From Octopus sinensis (taxonomy: Eukaryota): a DNA stretch of 64,000 bases. Shown one piece after another: positions 63,539 to 64,000 of this stretch; the stretch's first letter is position 1; each line of letters begins with the position of its first letter. The notes under the pieces were generated by a model. It saw only the letters and a list, made by a program, of their open reading frames with translations. It was not told the DNA's origin and did no database searches. The position numbers and the translations under genes were made by a program. The stretch lies in contig NC_043003.1 of the NCBI RefSeq assembly GCF_006345805.1, forward strand, positions 13,020,001 through 13,084,000, read 5' to 3'.

Positions 63539-64000
63539 AGGATGGTTTGACAGGAAACTGGTAAACTCCAGGGCTGTGTCAAGCTCCAGTATCAACGTTG
63601 GTAAGCTAAAACATTAATATCTTCTTTGAAACTGAAATAAATTTTTGCTTTGTTAAAAGCTGTTATAATTTGAACCTTCAAGTTTGTACCAGCCTGCACA
63701 TATACACACACAGATGATAGTAATATTTTTGGAACTTTTTACAGCTGGAAACTATATCTATATTGAAACATCCAACCCGGTTGTATCAGGAGACAGCACT
63801 CATCTTATCAGTCCCAAATTTCAAGTACCAGGATCACAGGAATGGTGTCTAAGTTTTTGGTATCACATGTATGGATATGGAATTGGTACGTTGTCTGTGG
63901 TATATAGAGGCAAATCTGATGTAGTTGCTTGGCAGAAGAGGAAATCTCAAGGAAACAAATGGATAAATGGTCAAGTAAACATCAGAGGACCACAAGAACT
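4269..64000 (+). CDS. Multi-exon gene for a large extracellular tandem-MAM-domain protein (>=10 MAM domains, MALRD1/MAMDC-like but no LDLa seen); incomplete at both ends
   Basis: 32 AG/GT-bounded exons splice into one open frame. Each unit shows MAM motifs C-x-F-E..C-x-W, DHT, G-x-Y, L-x-S-P, C-L-x-F-W/Y-Y-x-M-x-G, W, F-E-G, I-A-I-D-D..C. No start, signal peptide or stop in window. Confidence 0.93.
4541..4932 (+). mobile_element. Helentron/HINE-like non-autonomous element
   Basis: 5' ACTAGcagtatcgcccggcgttgctcggg, 3' ttatatatatag; same 5' end on - strand at about 29560-29942; relative at 7783-8281. Confidence 0.6.
6594..6859 (+). CDS. MAM1 exon b
   Basis: GSYLHLE...[11 protein letters not shown]...ENWRLF..ENR; tttcAG / GTAAGT; phase 1-0. 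Confidence 0.92.
7062..7235. repeat. Three tandem about 58-bp repeats
   Basis: gctgcttctgattggtcaatccatggtgatgacccgaggtcacggtgaca x3. Confidence 0.85.
8285..8605 (+). mobile_element. Degenerate RTE reverse transcriptase fragment
   Basis: [34 protein letters not shown] with stops. Confidence 0.75.
8681..8780 (+). CDS. MAM1 exon c
   Basis: [33 protein letters not shown]; phase 0-1. Confidence 0.92.
9446..9916. repeat. About 470-bp fold-back palindrome (Penelope-like)
   Basis: About 230-bp arms, 8-nt loop 9679-9686. Confidence 0.9.
10170..10352 (+). CDS. MAM2 exon a (with short linker)
   Basis: [27 protein letters not shown]...[12 protein letters not shown]; phase 1-1. Confidence 0.92.
11128..11366 (+). 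CDS. MAM2 exon b
   Basis: GIYLYAS...[26 protein letters not shown]; phase 1-0. Confidence 0.93.
11400..11872 (+). mobile_element. RTE LINE C-terminal fragment
   Basis: [34 protein letters not shown] with stops, RTE-type 3' end. Confidence 0.8.
11873..12435 (-). mobile_element. mariner transposase 3' fragment with terminal repeat
   Basis: LLHDNA and [22 protein letters not shown]; TIR-like tattaggctggcaactaagtt at 11873. Confidence 0.85.
12951..13041 (+). CDS. MAM2 exon c
   Basis: [30 protein letters not shown]; phase 0-1. Confidence 0.9.
13304..13674 (+). mobile_element. RTE (BovB-like) LINE 3' end with inverted 5' piece
   Basis: Frame from 13372: [41 protein letters not shown] stop 13620; (TAG)n tail; TSD-like tatagt(t/c)ctaag at 13292-13303 and 13675-13686. 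Confidence 0.82.
15335..15469 (+). CDS. MAM3 exon a
   Basis: [30 protein letters not shown]; weak aAG acceptor, GTAATA donor; phase 1-1. Confidence 0.88.
16905..17164 (+). CDS. MAM3 exon b
   Basis: [42 protein letters not shown]; phase 1-0. Confidence 0.93.
18088..18172 (+). CDS. MAM3 exon c
   Basis: [28 protein letters not shown]; phase 0-1. Confidence 0.92.
18300..18420 (+). mobile_element. Penelope-like GIY-YIG endonuclease C-terminal remnant
   Basis: [19 protein letters not shown] resembles the E-A-L-x-I..P-x-x-N end of PLE GIY-YIG domains. Confidence 0.45.
19127..19216 (+). CDS. Inter-triplet linker exon 1 (T/P/K-rich)
   Basis: [29 protein letters not shown]; ttacAG / GTAAGT; 90 nt, phase 1-1. 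Confidence 0.78.
19559..19689. mobile_element. Tc1/mariner-type MITE
   Basis: TIRs cagggtgtccc..atgtatacac / gtgtatacat..gggacaccctg, TA flanks. Confidence 0.82.
20335..20466 (+). CDS. MAM4 exon a
   Basis: [27 protein letters not shown]; phase 1-1. Confidence 0.9.
20704..20963 (+). CDS. MAM4 exon b
   Basis: [31 protein letters not shown]; phase 1-0. Confidence 0.93.
21140..21605. repeat. (GAT/GAC/AAC)n compound microsatellite
   Basis: Degenerate trinucleotide run inside an intron. Confidence 0.9.
21671..21755 (+). CDS. MAM4 exon c
   Basis: [28 protein letters not shown]; phase 0-1. Confidence 0.93.
22050..22690 (-). mobile_element. Degenerate Tc1/mariner-superfamily transposase (maT/DD37D-like)
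   Basis: [37 protein letters not shown] plus broken N-terminal region. Confidence 0.7.
23897..24082 (+). CDS. MAM5 exon a (with short linker)
   Basis: [41 protein letters not shown]; phase 1-1. Confidence 0.92.
24715..25040. repeat. (GAT/GGT/GAG)n compound microsatellite
   Basis: Degenerate trinucleotide run inside an intron. Confidence 0.9.
26393..26544 (+). CDS. MAM5 exon b1
   Basis: [35 protein letters not shown]; phase 1-0. Confidence 0.93.
27574..27791. mobile_element. mariner-type MITE
   Basis: TIRs tgaggaggtgctgaaaa..cctgg / ccaggaacttttcagcacctcctca, TA flanks; truncated second copy 36724-36900. Confidence 0.85.
28112..28222 (+). CDS. MAM5 exon b2
   Basis: [37 protein letters not shown]; phase 0-0. 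Confidence 0.88.
28480..28795 (+). mobile_element. tRNA-derived SINE family A (copies: 6143-6432 +, 17281-17584 +, 37821-38131 -, 46185-46348 -)
   Basis: A/B-box head ggcgcaatggcccagtgg..tttcgattccc, shared body ending gaaaccgggaaactgg; 13-bp TSD aaggtttctacag. Confidence 0.88.
29969..30059 (+). CDS. MAM5 exon c
   Basis: [30 protein letters not shown]; phase 0-1. Confidence 0.93.
31300..31597. repeat. Inverted repeat, about 125-bp arms
   Basis: aaagattgtttgccaacataacatggcagtcc mirrored by ggactgccatgttatgttggcaaacaatcttt. Confidence 0.9.
31861..32004 (+). CDS. MAM6 exon a
   Basis: [31 protein letters not shown]; phase 1-1. Confidence 0.92.
32493..32865 (+). mobile_element. tRNA-derived SINE family B (copies: 14703-15112 +, 23376-23795 -, 25083-25480 -, 29172-29445 +, 52125-52558 -, partials at 42083, 45490, 63050)
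   Basis: Head gtggctgtgtggtaag..gggttcagtcccactg, CORE-like ccttgggcaagtg, internal (TA/TG)n, tail gactgaaacaagtaaaagagta. Confidence 0.88.
33035..33360 (+). mobile_element. Short 3'-UTR-only RTE copies (others: 700-940 -, 37200-37436 +, 51737-51960 -, 59560-59850 +, 60170-60450 -, 28365-28910 -)
   Basis: ggttggcgttaggaagggcatccagctgtagaaac..ggacgttaaacgatgatgat, matching the 3' UTR of the RT-bearing element at 53541-54250. Confidence 0.82.
33720..34410. repeat. (GAT)n microsatellite with higher-order units
   Basis: tattacccagtatcaagaagga recurs at about 33898, 34035, 34148, 34279. Confidence 0.88.
34680..35262. repeat. 34-bp minisatellite, about 17 copies
   Basis: aaaatttccacttatttcttatttttattttcct repeated head to tail. 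Confidence 0.92.
35665..35826 (+). CDS. MAM6 exon b
   Basis: [29 protein letters not shown]; phase 1-1. Confidence 0.92.
38833..38954. repeat. Perfect 54-bp-arm hairpin, 14-nt loop
   Basis: 38833-38886 is the exact reverse complement of 38901-38954. Confidence 0.92.
39208..39387 (+). CDS. MAM6 exon c
   Basis: [39 protein letters not shown]; phase 1-1. Confidence 0.93.
40020..41000 (-). mobile_element. Degenerate RTE-clade LINE endonuclease (APE) fragment
   Basis: [29 protein letters not shown] and [21 protein letters not shown] in broken frames. Confidence 0.85.
41793..41987 (+). CDS. Inter-triplet linker 2 + MAM7 exon a
   Basis: [46 protein letters not shown]; phase 1-1. Confidence 0.88.
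43315..43535. mobile_element. piggyBac-type MITE
   Basis: TTAA on both sides, TIRs cccttttgatacc / ggtaacgaaaggg; weaker relative at about 58634-58884. Confidence 0.8.
43711..43973 (+). CDS. MAM7 exon b
   Basis: [32 protein letters not shown]; phase 1-0. Confidence 0.92.
45065..45380 (-). mobile_element. tRNA-derived SINE family E (others about 10530-10720 +, 17634-17755 +)
   Basis: gtggttagggtatttggctcatgactgtaaggttgtgagttcaattcc head followed by gtgtccttgaacaagacacttt. Confidence 0.7.
46921..47002 (+). CDS. MAM7 exon c
   Basis: [27 protein letters not shown]; phase 0-1. Confidence 0.92.
48621..48776 (+). CDS. MAM8 exon a
   Basis: [35 protein letters not shown]; phase 1-1. Confidence 0.93.
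49315..49503 (+). CDS. MAM8 exon b
   Basis: [31 protein letters not shown]; phase 1-1. Confidence 0.93.
49876..50363. repeat. Long inverted repeat, about 225-bp arms
   Basis: tttgccacttaaatgtggctaacccttaagggtggatgc mirrored at the other end; about 40-nt spacer. Confidence 0.9.
51540..51692 (+). CDS. MAM8 exon c
   Basis: [38 protein letters not shown]; phase 1-1. Confidence 0.93.
52833..52964 (+). CDS. MAM9 exon a
   Basis: [27 protein letters not shown]; phase 1-1. Confidence 0.93.
53541..55343 (-). mobile_element. 5'-truncated RTE-clade LINE: reverse transcriptase, 3' UTR with ~62-bp repeats, (GAT)n tail
   Basis: ORF 54252-55289: [39 protein letters not shown]; frameshift near 54350; tail reads catcatcatc on + at 53541. 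Confidence 0.92.
55532..55779 (+). CDS. MAM9 exon b (in-frame alternative start possible at 55520)
   Basis: [39 protein letters not shown]; phase 1-0. Confidence 0.9.
55832..56600 (+). mobile_element. tRNA-derived SINE family C, tandem cluster (others: 5285-5690 -, 22705-22930 -, 30165-30370 -, 35913-36300 +, 51100-51310 -, 61605-62170 +, 63200-63430 +)
   Basis: Head gagctggcagaa..ttctgagttcaaattc; central ctttgcctttcatcctttcggggtcgataaattaagtaccag resembling the Deu/Nin SINE domain (from memory). Confidence 0.85.
57605..57865 (+). mobile_element. tRNA-headed element with (AAT)n spacer and hammerhead-like 3' part (copies 15565-15847 -, 39550-39830 -, head only 50612-50720 +)
   Basis: tagcgtagtggttaagag..gagttcaattcc head, (AAT)n, then ccttaggaatgagaacccaggttcgaaattt..gacacctgatgaaggctgg..gaaac. 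Confidence 0.8.
57928..58009 (+). CDS. MAM9 exon c
   Basis: [27 protein letters not shown]; phase 0-1. Confidence 0.9.
59120..59200 (+). CDS. Inter-triplet linker exon 3 (T/P/K/A-rich)
   Basis: [26 protein letters not shown]; ctcAG / GTGAGA; 81 nt, phase 1-1. Confidence 0.78.
59241..59416. mobile_element. pogo/Tc1-type MITE
   Basis: Imperfect TIRs ccatattttaatgtatataaggaacc / ggttccttatagacattaaaatacag, TA flanks. Confidence 0.75.
60455..61033 (+). mobile_element. 5'-truncated RTE-like LINE 3' end
   Basis: [29 protein letters not shown], followed by (GAT)n tail. Confidence 0.85.
61235..61540. mobile_element. hAT (Charlie-like) MITE
   Basis: TIRs cagtggttcccaaa / tttggaaaccactg; 8-bp flanks ttctagtc / ctctaatc. 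Confidence 0.78.
62448..62790 (+). mobile_element. Helentron/HINE-like element; its 3' part is also at 1-124
   Basis: gagcagtcgagttt..cagatattctcattttaaaaatcatctctggctaatcat..ctctgaatgctcttgttatt shared with window start. Confidence 0.55.
62860..62997 (+). CDS. MAM10 exon a
   Basis: [29 protein letters not shown]; phase 1-1. Confidence 0.92.
63745..64000 (+). CDS. MAM10 exon b (runs off window end)
   Basis: [40 protein letters not shown]. Confidence 0.93.

Noticed and set aside
4269-64000. Assigning the symbol MALRD1 or ZAN
   Set aside because: No LDLa, VWD, EGF or transmembrane segment is visible, and orthology cannot be shown from this window.

Overview
AT-rich, microsatellite-laden animal genomic DNA. 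The repeat content looks like a coleoid cephalopod, most likely Octopus (inference from the SINE/RTE families; not database-checked). One large + strand gene spans the window and runs off both ends. I traced 32 GT-AG exons (4269-64000, about 5.07 kb of CDS, about 1690 codons, phases consistent throughout) plus a probable 39-nt upstream micro-exon. They encode 9 complete and 1 partial MAM domain with no LDL-receptor class A modules. The MAMs form a 3-domain super-repeat (A-B-C) joined by Thr/Pro/Lys-rich linkers that each carry a [KR][KR]-S-x-T motif. Introns are filled with several tRNA-derived SINE families, RTE-clade LINE fragments, Tc1/mariner, piggyBac- and hAT-type MITEs, Helentron-like elements and many fold-back repeats. 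Most novel-looking non-coding signals: several Penelope-type minimal hammerhead ribozyme motifs, one family fused to a tRNA-like Pol III head, and a 5'-inverted RTE insertion whose inverted piece is the front half of an HDV-like ribozyme. All RNA folds were done by eye. Repeat boundaries are approximate (about +/-20 nt) unless a TSD/TIR is quoted.
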